The notes under the pieces are model-generated. The model was not told the DNA's origin. It saw only the letters and a program-made list of their open reading frames with translations, and did not search any database. Of a DNA stretch of 64,000 nucleotides, positions 20,801 through 33,340 are shown piece by piece. The stretch's first letter is position 1. Every line of letters begins with the position of its first letter. The position numbers and the translations under genes were made by a program. Origin of the DNA: Ramazzottius varieornatus (lineage: Eukaryota; Animalia; Tardigrada); assembly GCA_001949185.1 (NCBI GenBank), contig BDGG01000016.1, positions 186,001 through 250,000 of the forward strand. Reading direction: 5' to 3'.

Positions 20801-23800
20801 AAGTGAGGTGGTTACCGTTCTGATTCAGGAGGACTATCAACCTGCTCAGACACCATCCTCTACAGAAAGACGCGGCTAGCTATCGCGAATTATTAACTTT
20901 ATGCGAAAAGCAAAGTGGCAGTTAATCGAAACCTAGCTGATGACGTAATCAACTAGATCTCCCCTTCATTTTTGTGTGCAAATAAAGTTTTTGTATGCCC
21001 ACGCGTAAACACTTATGCCGAGCGGTGTAGAAAAAACTAGGTTGCACGAATAAACAACAACAGCGCTGGCAAAAAGTGTGAGCACTAAAGCGCATCTTCG
21101 CACTGTGCGGGTTGCCTGCGACAAGAGGGTACTCCACTCCACAAACACACACTGCTGAAAGCCGCGCTCGTTCGCCTTGAGACTGCAGGGCGCTATGACG
21201 AGCTTGATCTTTTAGCACCTACCTACCGCGTACCTATTCAAGATCTAGAACCTCGCTAAACAGTAAGAAAAAGTATCACCTCAAAGGCAACAATATGTAC
21301 CGGAACGCACAAAAAAATTAGAACGTTATCCGTGCATTACTTTTTGCATCCAGACCACAGGCGTCGATAAGCAGACTGTAACTGAAAATGCCACGCCCAA
21401 ACTTCGTACAGTTAGCGCATCAACGAAAGTAGCCATATTTCACTGCCGAATCCGGGTTTCTTGTAGGAGAAAGCTTGCTCTTTATACAGGACAACAAATA
21501 GTGACCGTTCGAATATTTGCGTTGATTATGGGGTTATATGCATAAGAAGTGGTCCAATTAATCGGTTATGATACGTCAATTGGCTCAACTTGAATCAAGC
21601 CGATTGTGCGTAACCCGAGATTCTGTAACACTTTCGCGCCGTTTATACTGTCCACAGTGAGTCAAAGGCTCATAATTCCGCCGTGGCGCCATCGGTTTGC
21701 TATGGCTGACAAAGATGCGGGCTCACCGGAAATTAGCTCATCAGAGCAGATAATCGCTTTGCTGCCCAGAAACATTTTCGTGGCATAACCAAAAGATAAA
21801 CAAGTTTAAACTAATCAATCATGCACTTCCGACCTATCGCTCCTCTTTGGCGTTCCTCCTGTGTTAACTCATCCGTAAGCAAAATCCGGCAAACTTACCG
21901 ACGAAGCAAAAATTAATCTTTCGTCGAAAATTCCGTTTGCCCAATGACAGGTTTATTACGACGATATTCATAATTTTGAAATTTCTCTGAAAAAGGGTAA
22001 AGTTTAGTCTTGGTGAGCGAACATTGTCCCACTTTTACTTTCCCATAGTCGTAAAAATACTCCGCAAGTTTAAACAGTGGAGATCAGTATTTAAACTCAA
22101 CGTGACGGAATTTAACAGCTGGACATAATCAGCACGACCAGACGGAATATTTCACAACACACGCTCTGAGTTGGACATGTCCAAAGCAAATACCCCCACG
22201 TTTCCCCACCGTTACCACGAGCGGAAACCCGTTGGATTTTCCACCTGAGACAAATAACCGTGAGGCACGCGGCAGAATTTACTGTCGATCCTTATCGAAG
22301 GATTTGAAGAGGTTTTTCTGTAAGTTTCTCAAAACAGATTAGAGGGCATGTTCGGTAGGTTACTAGGCATAATCTGCTCTTTGTCAAAGAAAAGCCGGTG
22401 AAGCTGTCAGGTACGAGTTGAGAAGCAATATTTCAAACAAAAGAATTTGGTTTGAAAATTCTTCGCTAATCTGATTTTGACGTGATACCATCGCACGTAA
22501 AAATATTCGACACTGAAATTCCCATGCAGGTATATTTTTGCCACGCCCTTTCGGAAATAGCTCGAAAATCAAAAATAAATTCGGGTAAATATTCGGACGT
22601 AACTTTTCCGTAAAATTAAATTTTTGTGACATTGCTCTTGATTCCATTGTTTTCACCGACAACTTCCCGAAGGCCGGCCAATCAAAAACATATATAATGA
22701 AAAGAATATAATGCTCAGCGGGACGGAACCTTTATCAACACATGAGGAATATTGTGTCTTGAGACCATTGTCGTGCGCGCGTAAATATAGCACTTGACAT
22801 GGCTTGACCACAAAGACAGCTGACACCGCTCTCTTTGCCACATGAAACGTTCTTCCCAATGACAGAAATTAATTTTGAGCGCCACCATGTGTCGCGATTA
22901 TTCGGTCAATGCTCATAAACAGTCACCCAGCTCTCGAGCACGAAGACATCCATTCTTTTGTTTTGTACGAAATTACTGTCTCTACTAGAACGTTTCCAGA
23001 TTCGACCACATGACAAAAGTAAATGGTACTAAAAACCGTCAACAGAACGCCCGCGAAACCGCAACGCCATTGCGGGAACTCTGAACTGACCACACACATA
23101 TCGTAAGAAATCAAATCTGTATTTACCCGACCAGATACGAAAACCGGCTAGGAAACTACGCTTCTACCACGTCTGATGATAGGAACGAGCATGAAAACAT
23201 GATTTCACGTGTTACCTATCCTGCCGAAACATGGTCTTGACCAGTCAATTTCCAGCCGGGTTTACGAAGCTGGGCGTGCTTCTCGTATGTTATGCGGCTT
23301 GGTCAGAGCGTGGTTCTGACCAGTTCGTTCCTGACCGGGTGTGGTTAACTTGATCAATGCATACCTGAGAATGGAAAATAGAACATTCCGTGCGGCGTTT
23401 GCGGTTGCACCATATAAACCTTCAAGATTGAGCATCAAGAGAGGATTAGAATCAATTTTGCTATCAGACCACATCCGTTTCCGTCGATGTATTCCAGTTG
23501 GGCATTTCATGCAAGACACTAAATATCGACGGCACGTGGCGACGCTTTAATGGATCCTTTGCTGGCTTCTTTCAAAGTGGACATTCTGAGCAAAGACAGA
23601 CTTTAGATTTGACCCGGCTACTTTTAACCTCCTCAAACATCGTAAAGAGTATTTGCTTGCCAGTTACATATTCCACTATGTAAGAGACGGTAAACTGAGA
23701 CAGTAAACTACGACGAAGAAGCAGCGGCGCAATATGGGGTTGATCGAAAGGAATCTTTTCTAAACTGTGAACGTATGCGGTCGACTTGGCACGACTGGTC

Positions 23801-24675
23801 AAAATATTAACCTTCGAGCCTTGCTAGCTTCGAGCTGCAATCAGAATTTTTCTGCCTCCATTTAAAACGCTGCCATGCGCAGGCAAAAAATCCCATTGAA
23901 GCGATGGTAAAGACGAAACAAAAAACCACAGATATTCAGCCAAGCAAATTAGCCAAGCCGACGAATTCCGCAGAGCGAAGAGGAAAGGCAAACTCTCACT
24001 CGGAGGTATTCCATTCAACCGTTTCATGATCAACCTTTGACACCTCTAAGGGTTGCCAAAAGCTCAAACGTTTTGCTCAAAGTTCTTCCAAACATAATTT
24101 CAATACCATTTTCGCGGGCAAGACTTAACTTTTAAGTTTAATTAGCACACTGTCATTAGCACACGATCCGATTTTCGGGAATTTTCTACAAGTATTTGCA
24201 GAAATCAATCATATTTTTTCCGAGCTATTCTTGTCTTACCGGCAAGGACTTTTTGCTGCGATTCCATATCGTCAATCAGGTAATCCAGAATGACCGGTGA
24301 GCCAAAGGCTGCTTTCAGGCACTCCATACATTCCCGTTGGAAGTAGGCATCGGAAAGTTTCTGCAGCGGCTTCTCGCGGTTACTTTTCCAGGCCTCCAGC
24401 AGGAAGTGTATTCCATCGGCTTTGCAGAAGGCATCCAACCACTTATCGGTGAGACTTTTGCTCTGCAACTTCTTCCGCAACAGACCGAATAGATTACCGT
24501 TGGTGGGTGAACGGTGCAGTGTTGCAATGAGCTGGTCGGGCTCGAGAGACTCAACACTGGCCAGTGTGGTGGACGACGCGGCTAGTGGCGAATGTAGCTG
24601 TGAAGTGTCTCGTGGCGAGAGTGGCGAGGAAGCCAACGAAGAGGTGGGACTATGCCGCAGATTGATACCGTTCAT
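8804..24675 (-). CDS. FHDC1: Formin of the inverted-formin group (INF2/FHDC1/Drosophila form3-like): N-terminal GBD/DID, FH1, FH2, long Ser/Pro-rich tail. About 15 coding exons
   Basis: DID-like exons at 24675-24240 ([23 protein letters not shown]), 16855-16740, ~14646-14487, ~14403-14222, ~14003-13726. FH1 polyproline and FH2 start ([17 protein letters not shown]) at 13534-13144. FH2 core at 12816-11124 ([60 protein letters not shown]). Tail exons ~10810-10561 and ~10497-8804. Exact orthology (FHDC1 vs INF2) is inference. Confidence 0.9.
12951..12999. repeat. Paired-motif element copy (formin intron 12817-13143)
   Basis: CAAGTGGCGC-N29-GAGCCACTTG, preceded by AGATCG. Confidence 0.75.
13571..13619. 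repeat. Paired-motif element copy (formin intron 13535-13725)
   Basis: CAAGCGGCGC-N29-GCGCTACTCC. The spacer contains CATTGTTATTGGCTGAA, similar to other copies. Confidence 0.7.
16128..16176. repeat. Paired-motif element copy (formin intron)
   Basis: CAAGTGGCGC-N29-GCGCCACTTG with perfect arms, preceded by AGATC. Confidence 0.8.
18810..19263 (+). pseudogene. Possible heavily decayed Argonaute PIWI-domain fragment, antisense within a formin intron
   Basis: Segments across frameshifts and stops ([14 protein letters not shown] / [10 protein letters not shown] / [11 protein letters not shown] / [13 protein letters not shown] / [22 protein letters not shown]) follow the order of PIWI C-terminal motifs. 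Judged by eye only. Confidence 0.28.
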
Positions 24676-25737
24676 ACTGGCGCTGATCGGCGTCAGCCGC
24701 GACGCAGCTAAAAATACAGAGAAAAACCTGAATATTTTTTGGTTCAATTTTCGGAGAGCTTCAATCTCCAATTCCATTTTTCTTCCCGTCAATAATCCCG
24801 GCATTTCCTAACCAACTGGGCCGGCTGCACTAGTCATTTTTCTACAATTTCTTCCGAGCATGATGAATGTCTGCGCCTAAGCTCACAATCGAAATTGGAA
24901 AGTCATAGCTTACAGTTTCAGTTCTGGATACCGTTAATTCTATTCCACATTTAGTCTGGCATTTGAAAATTTTCATGGAAGTTTTGCTATCATCATAGAT
25001 AAAAGTCAGTTAAACAATGGACTGTGTTGGATAAAGGGGTTTTTATCGTACCTTGCTCTCGGCGGATAACTGTTATTCTCGAAAACACCACGATGAAAAC
25101 TACAGCTCATATCGCGGATCGCCCACACGATCGATCTTCTTCCGACAGAGAGATACACTTCTGCTTTAACCTTGCGCACTATTTATCATTGGAGACGACA
25201 TCAAATGGCAGTCGGATATCGCCGCGAGTTTTATGACTATCTAATTCAGAAATTTCGTCAAACTCATTCCATGACAATTGGCTTACTCACACAAAAGTAT
25301 GGCGACCAAAGTACCTCACTGAAGGCTTTTTAGAGCAGAAGATACCCAAGAGCTATAACCTGACAACTTCACAGCTGTATATTGGTATGAGTCTTCTCTA
25401 CCGTCGCGCCGTAGTTTCTTCGATCATCTTTTGAAATTCATTGCTTGATCACTTGGTCAGGTTCTTGAGAGGCGGAAGTTCCATTATTGCGACAGGCACT
25501 TCAAGTTCGATATGACACAGTCACCGCGACAGGGTGCAATTAAGTATGCAAGTCAATACTTATCCACCGGAGTGTTTTCATTCTTCAAAACTTAAAACCT
25601 GTCCGAACCCGACAGACAGTGTGCCATCGGAAGCATGGTTTGTCATGCTACTACCCATAATGTGGCGAATTCGAGCTAAAGAGCGCCCCAACGTACAACC
25701 CCGAGATCGCCAAAAAACTCAACAAGATTGGTTTCCT

Positions 25738-25785
25738 CAAGTGGCGCGTTGCGTCGTTATATTGGCTGGAAAATTGCGCCACCTG
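25738..25785. repeat. Paired-motif element copy (upstream of formin coding exon 1)
   Basis: ACAAGATTG..CAAGTGGCGC-N28-GCGCCACCTG..CGATCTTGT. Confidence 0.78.
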
Positions 25786-28700
25786 GAAGAGCGATCTTGT
25801 CGAGCTTGTTTGCCTTCGTCCGGAATATCCACCAGAAGATATTCATAAGACATCTTCCGGCATTTAGCATCGTGGTGAGAAGACATGTCTGTATCATGGC
25901 GGCTTACCCGTTCGAATTTGCCATTCGCGTTTGGCTGGGTTCTGGTCGAGACCATGGTGAGGTACGTGTCGCGGGCCAGTTTCCGTCCCCGAGCGGCGTT
26001 TCCAATAGTCAAAGGCGTTAGTAGCCATCGGTTGACAGAGGTACGGTACTTTGTCGGGTGGCAAGTAGCGACAAGTGGTCTCTGTAGTCCAGTAACAAGT
26101 TGCCAGCTAGCACGGAGGTGGATGGATGATGATGAAGAATGGGCTCGTTCCAACCGGTTCGCTTGTGAAAACACCGATGCCAGCTAGCACACGAGATCCA
26201 TCAAAGCTGCAAAACGAAACAATATGTAACTGTGCTAATTTGCCAGACACCCAACACACCAGCTCCCCATGTGTTGACCATTTGAGTTTTCCTGCTTCGA
26301 TACAGTGCACCTTCTGTTGACGACTTTACCCTGTAATTATTATCAATCGTCCACGTCCAACAACCGCCTTGATAACTGTGGTTAGCGTGCTTAAGTTAAC
26401 TAATGCATCCGTAACGACAACCAAATTAATCATTCTGTTCGCCAGTTCCTCGTCACATTCTGTAACTGCAACTTCCTAGAGGCTAACGGATGGTTGAATT
26501 TCAGAAAAGGGTCCGTCAGAAACTCGAAGCGAACAGAAACCCTAAAATGCCGAATGCCTAAAATTTCCGGAGTGACGTCACCTACGTGGCCCGCAGTGAG
26601 GTCGTCGCGGAACGATCGCGGATAATTTATCGAAAACTACTTTTCTGGGATACGGAACTTTACCGTCCCAAGAACAGGCTTGCGAAGATGAGTTGTCGCA
26701 ACTGGATGCTGAGTACCTGAACTAGCCCAGTACGTGATAGGAAAACTACCTGGTTAGTGGAATGGCAACTCTAATGCAGTGGCGGTGGCGACATCTTAAA
26801 AACGGTCTGCTGTAGACATGCCCGGCATGGTACGCGGAAGCTGCTCGTCAGATGGTATGTTTAGCTTGTCCACTAGTCGTACAAAAGAGCGCTTGACCAC
26901 CTAGATCAGCTTTGAACTACCCAGCACTTTCCCAGGATCGGAAAGCGTAAAGCTAGTTTCCGCATAGATAGACGCACAATCGACTCAATGACTGCCAAGT
27001 ATACGTAGCCTTGACGCGCCAAACGGTGACAAAAGATGACTGATTGAAGAGACCATTAGGGCCCGTTATTATGGTGTACACTGTGTGGACTGCGGACTTC
27101 GGTTCTAGTTGAGGTAAGCGAGTGCCGAGTGGCGCCATCTGTCCGAGAGCCCATTACGCAGGTGACCACCTGTTGATTCCCCTGCTTGTTTTACCGTATG
27201 GTAACTAAGCTCGCCTCTTCTCCTAAAATTCTCTCTGGTCTTTAGCTCGGAAATCTACCATGAATAAGTCTGATTAAGTATGTCACACTTGACCATCCGG
27301 AAAAAGCGGCGGATTTGTGGCGAATTCCCACTCTCGAATTCGTGAGTCTGCTCAACGGGAAAATACCACAGAATTAGTCTGATGACCCTGATCCAGCTTT
27401 CCTCGAGCTTACAAAACTTGAAGTTTCCAAGTTCGAAAAAGAGTCATGAATAAAAAGGTGCACACATTAATGATGCAAAGCTCGAGGTATAAAGTCTCTT
27501 GTCCAAGTCGGAAATGTCACGTTCGCCAACCGTCTCACCTTCTAGAAGACAGTCATCAAAAAGTGTCACGGAATACATTACATCTTTTACAGATCGTACC
27601 ATAAAACGTTAAAACTGTCTCTCCAGTAGGAGTCGTCGCCAGAAAGCACTCGACAGTGGCATTATGTAAAACAAAATAGACGTGAAATACATAATGACTC
27701 AGTTGGGTTCTGTCGGCGTGTGAATTTGTCCGAGCCGGATTCCGGCGATTAGTTCGTCATAAAACAAGCCATATAATCAGACACAGAAACAGAGAATTCT
27801 CATAAATGGCTATTTCCAGTGTGGTTTTCACACAAGAACCCAACGCCAAACTCGTGCCTGGCTTTACGATGTTTAACCTGTCAAACGTTCACCGAGCTAT
27901 TGACGTCTGTTCGTCAAACAGAATGACTGCTCACTTACACTTCGGACAAGCAACGGCAAGGCCGCTTATCTCCGAGTCTTCCGTGTATCGGAATGAGAAC
28001 AATAAAATCAAATATGAAGTGTCGAACTTCAATTTGGCTTTGGCCCACAATCTCGCCCTCCTGCATAAATTTACTTTCACACACAATACTTTCGATTGTC
28101 GTTTGAGCGTTCTTAATCGACAAATGAGCTGCGGGAAGCTCGTCACTTGCGATGACGGAATGAAAACTCACGAGAAGAAGCTTCGTGAAACTATTCTGCA
28201 CTGTAGCTAGCCGCAATCAAACAGCCCCGCTCGTGGCGCCGCACTTGTGGTCCTATACTGGTACGCTGGTCAACCGCGTACGAAGGGAGACCTCCCAAGT
28301 ACTGAAGGGAAAACTCAGCATGGATTCCGCATTAGGCTTTTCTCCCGTAAGAAAGACCCACGAAGAAAGGCTGCGTATAAGCGGGCCCGACCGATTGCTC
28401 CAGACAACCCTTCGAGTGATTTGGACATCCGGAAACAACCGACAAGCAGCTTTTTTTCTACGATGTTACGCAGCTTTCTTTGGTTTTCTGTAATTAAGAT
28501 GGGGGAAATTTTTCAGTTTTCAGCTACGGGAAAGGTCTCGCAGTCTCAATTCCCAAACACTTGACGCGGTTTCTTTGGAGACTTTCGTCTGACGAAGTTC
28601 ACCCAAAAGTAGCCTTTCGTAAAGTACTTCGCCATAAACCTACAAGTGTCGGTAGCAAACAAAGTTTCCGGCAGGCCCACCGTTTGAAACATTTTATCGC

Positions 28701-31584
28701 AAATGATTGATGCGGTCAAGCATACTGGGTGCACGATGTGGACCACCCCCTTTAAAACTAACGCTATCGTTGAAGATACAGATGTCACTTACCAGTTAAC
28801 GCTCTTTCAATTATCAGGTGGGAAGTTCCGCTTTAGAAAGCATGTAAGATGACCGCATCTTCATATTCCATCTCGTCCATCAATGTCACTGCAAGCACAC
28901 CAAGAACCGTAGATTGTAAGATCTGTAACGAAAACTCATCGAAACACAGACTCAAAAAAAGTGCAAGGCTCAAGGGGAAGGTGCAATACTTTTGAAATGG
29001 TTATGATCCGTATCGAACTTGACACGATTTTACTACGGTTCGCTCCCGACCATGAAGGTATTCCGAAAATGTCGATGTGAACGCCAGCCACCAGCCACTT
29101 GTTGATCAAGTCTAAAAACAGCAATGACAGTGAGACAGTGACAAATATCCGGCGACTGAATTTCCAATGTTCAGATGAACGATTCTGCCGAACCCATACT
29201 AGCGTGACTAAGAGACCGAAGAACTGTCAAGCGGCACCAGTCGGGCTTCCAGCAGTTTTGCAGTTCCACGCCAATAGCTCCCCACAATAGCGCGCAAACC
29301 AGTGCTTTTCGATCTTACTCGAAAGGAATATTCAATAAAATTCCGCGAAATTATAGTTGACACTGGAAAAACTGATTTCAATTAAAGAAGATGGCTTGTT
29401 CTTATTGACCTTCAAACAGAACAAGTTTCGGAATGCCACCAGATGAAATTTTTTAGTGAGAAGAAGATTAAAACTGAAGCATGTAACTGGGCAAATATGG
29501 CTTTGTAAACCTTACAACGCGTGTCGGTGCGACAAAGTCAGATGAATTAGAGTCAATGAAGTGGATGTGATGTAACGATTGAGCGAATGTCAGAGAAAAA
29601 GAGAATTATGAATCTGATGGGCAGAAGCGAACTGGCTCAGTAACAGTCGCCATCAGCAGAAAAGAAAGCGCTACAATCAGCCTCCGCGCAAACGTTGGCC
29701 CAAGGCCTCTCGGATAAGCGTTAACGTTATTTATTCTACCGTCGATGATCCTTCTTGAGAAGTAACGTTTTCTGCTACCAAAGCATTTTAATCAAGTTAC
29801 CTACTGGCCCCCGTATATTGGATTAAGTTTGATGGGTACTGACAGCAATTAGTCGTTGTGTCGCAATGCGCCACTTCTGCCTTTGCTGTCACTGTACCGC
29901 TCAATCATCGACAAGAAAACAAAAAGCCGCAATCCATATCGTCAGCGAAAAACTCAAAACAAGTCTTTAGTATAATATCATTACCCACTTACCGGCACAA
30001 CGTACCGATGCCCCACTGACTATAAAGACCGATATATTCAACAAGGACGTGTTCTTTGCGGCGAAGTGAAGGCTTGCTTTGATGACGATGCTTCAGATCA
30101 GCGGTACCCTACGGTAATAAACCATGTGACGCATAAGTATCGACATAAATGCGGATTATTGTTTAGAAGTACGAATAAGCAATTAGTCAACGCCATACTC
30201 ATGATGTCTCGTCAACAACTGACTTCTCAAACCTTCTTACCTGGCGTATTCAGAAAGTTCTCTGCCAGAAAAGACACTTCGAGATCTCACTTTTGGTTGG
30301 AAGACCCTGAGAAAGTAGGCAACTTTTAGCGACATGTCTGACCAAGTCGGGCGAAGGCGGTTGCAATAGAGCAGCCAGCTTGTTTGGAGCAAACTTACCC
30401 ATCACAGTAAATGCAGAATCCGATTATACATGTCTTTACACTCTGCAGTTTACTGAGTTACAGCAACTTTCAAACGTGAAAGTTCTCCCCGCCGTCCCCG
30501 GCTGATCGCTTACCTCGTAAGAATTGCTAGCCTGCGGCTCGCGTGACTTGCGGATGTTGTGCTCGAACAGACCCCATCCATCTACGCCCTGGTATGCCCT
30601 GTTCGACAGAAGGCACTGCTTTATGACGGAAAAACTGCAGTGTCAACGGCAGAATAGGGACCGCCCCCTCACAAAAGTAGCCGCTTGTTAGTTCGTCCAC
30701 TTTTTCCTGGGCGAAGTTCGTCCCGAGATCGGCCTTGCCTGAAATCAGCATCATGCAGTCGATTAAAGTTTACTCGTCCCATCTTTCTGTTCCCGTGTCG
30801 GCTACAATACCACGGCTAACGATAAAACCAAGACACTTCCTCGACCTCATAGAGTCTTCACGTTATGCAGGCCTGTCTCCGAGACAATAAGATGTGGCGA
30901 GTGCAGTTACAAGTCTTAAACGCGATTGTTTGAACGTAAAACAGGCACTGGTCACTCGGGCACTTCGACGTCTGCCGAAAACAATGAAAAGCTGGTGGCT
31001 TGACCGCCGAAGGCAACGTTGGTGTTGTTTTGAGACCCGGTGTGAAACAATACGGCAACGACACGCTAACCTGTTTAAAATTCAAATAAATTACACCTGC
31101 TCGCTTGGTACTTTTGTGGAGACACTGCGTTTATTCAAATTGTTTCATGGCCTGCGTGGTTTCTGATCCGGAAGATCGACAAGCACGCTGGAATGTGAGG
31201 ATCTCTCCGCATTGAGCTATGAGAGACGAAAGTATACTGTCTGACATGACATAACTTGCATAACATTACGATGAATTGATTTTCAATTCTGAATTACCTT
31301 GGATCGAAGTTCCCAAAGGGTCGACTTCGACAGGAGCGACACGTACGAGTCATTCACCTGCTATCGATTTCGTCACAGTCATCCCGTCCTCCGAGAAGCC
31401 GCTTCCACACCATGAAGACTGGATACGGCCCGATCCGTTGAGACGTTTCCAGTTGAAAAGTCTCGGTTAGCTCGGGAAATATTCATTACTTCTGGGAATC
31501 TTCCAACTTGGTGAATTCATCTACAAAACAACTGCTTGGTCAGTACCCACCAACAGGATACTTCTGAACTGGCTGACGACAAGG

Positions 31585-32683
31585 ATGGGGGAACCGGAGA
31601 GCGAGGACGAAAGATCCATTGTAGAGTTACTGGACGATGCTGCTTCGTTCAACCAGCCGATCGGGTCTCATTCGCAGCAGAAGAAACCAAGCCGACAATC
31701 ATCTTTATCTTCCCCTGTATCCGAAGTAGGCTCTTCCATCGCATCGTCCAGGTTCGCCCTGCAAGGAAGGAAATCCTCAACCCCATCGCTGCACCGTACT
31801 CCATCGATACCTGATCATTTCGAGGTAGCCGCTTCACCTATCGTTCCTCATCCGTCACACGTCGAAACAAACCCCTCGACATCCAAGAATCGACAATCCT
31901 GGCAGTCCACAAAGCAAACCAGCGTCAGAAGTCGCATCAGGCCGGCATCTTCCCTGACATCTTTAGACAAAAGTTCTGAAATAAAATTTAATTCCGGAAC
32001 GAATAGCTATGAAAAGCACAGCAGAACGGTGACGTCAACGGAAGTTGCGAAACGGCCATCGGTCAACCTACCAATCAAGGGTACCGGAACGGAGCAAGCT
32101 AAATCCATCGCTCCGCAATTCAGCTCCGCTTCTCCGGGAAAAGACAAGGTTGCAGCTCAGTTCAGGAAACCTGCCGCTCCGCAAAGGATTTCCACGAAGC
32201 CGGTCATTATGGACAGATGTCTTCCTCGTCTTCCTCCTCCTCCGAAACGGTTGCCGCCCAGTCTTGACCATATTCGGAAAGCCAACTCTAGGCTGAACAT
32301 GTCGTTTGACAATCAGATGTTCTACCAAATTGTCAAGGATAACTTATACCTCGCCGACCGGATCCAGAATGCCAAGTCCAATTACGCTAAAGAAATGTCG
32401 GAACCTCCGAAGCTCGCCAAGTCGAAGCTCGAAGCGAGGGAATCGAAAGAACTATACAACTTGGCCCGAGAAAATCTCGTAAGTTCTCCAAGAGTCAGTG
32501 TCTTGTTTAGGCAGAGTTGCCCATCACGATCGTTCGAAAATGGTCCGAGGACCTCATTCTGCTTACTCGTGTCATCTGTTGTAGCGGATCAGTCAAAGGA
32601 TTATAGCCGCAAGATCCACTATTCCTGCACCTTCTCGCTCACAAAGTGTCAGCCGGATATCCTCGCGTCCATGTATGTCCTGA
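31585..32683 (+). CDS. CFAP97: CFAP97/hemingway (KIAA1430)-domain protein. Exons 31585-32478 and 32585-32683
   Basis: Disordered Ser-rich N-terminus, then NMSFDNQMFYQIVKDNLYLADRI...LYNLARENL|RISQRIIAARSTIP. This matches the duplicated I.rEN..L..RI repeat of the family. Phase-0 intron CTC|gtaagt...ttgtag|CGG. Confidence 0.7.
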
Positions 32684-33340
32684 TAAATTTCCTCCTCTTT
32701 TTTACTGCATTCATCACAACCTAGAATGCAACTTATTGTACGAGCCACGAAGTCAAAAGTCCGCTTTGCGGCATGCTGTGTTTTGGGTCCCTGAGTACCC
32801 TGAATATAACATTGTGTGTTTTCATTTCTGAACCCTGTTGATTTTTTAGCATCCGCAGCATCGTCTGCTACTTTCAACATGTCTTCCCGGGCTCCATCGG
32901 TGAGTAATCTGTCGAGGTTGAATACGCGATCAGCCTGGAATGACCGCTGGCAGTACACCTGACGCATATATCCGCCGCATCGGAAGTGAGTCCACGGCAG
33001 TGGATCGATCAATGGTGAAGACGGAACACCAAGCCGTCTTCTAAGTAACTAAAGAGATTATCCCACTTTCCCTTCTGAATTAAAGTGTGTGAACTGTGAA
33101 CTGCTACATCGGCGAAGAATGCCTGTTATTTCTCAAGGACCCATTGGTGTCTGCTTCGATCTTGTTTTGCCGCTATACGGTGCCAGGTCTTCTTCCTGTG
33201 ATCCGTGCCCGTTTCACCTCCCTCAATGGCAAATCCCAAACCTGACTATTGAACTTTTACATTTCACTTTCACACGTGCAGCTAGTTATTGAGCGAAAAT
33301 TCTGAGTTTCCAAACTCTCTCAGATTCATCCCAAGCAGAC

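Noticed and set aside
25860-25990. Minus-strand peptide TQPNANGKFERVSRHDTDM resembling the integrase HPQxNGxxER motif
   Set aside because: Single short motif with no upstream D..D(N)G catalytic residues, LTRs or other pol motifs. It may be chance.
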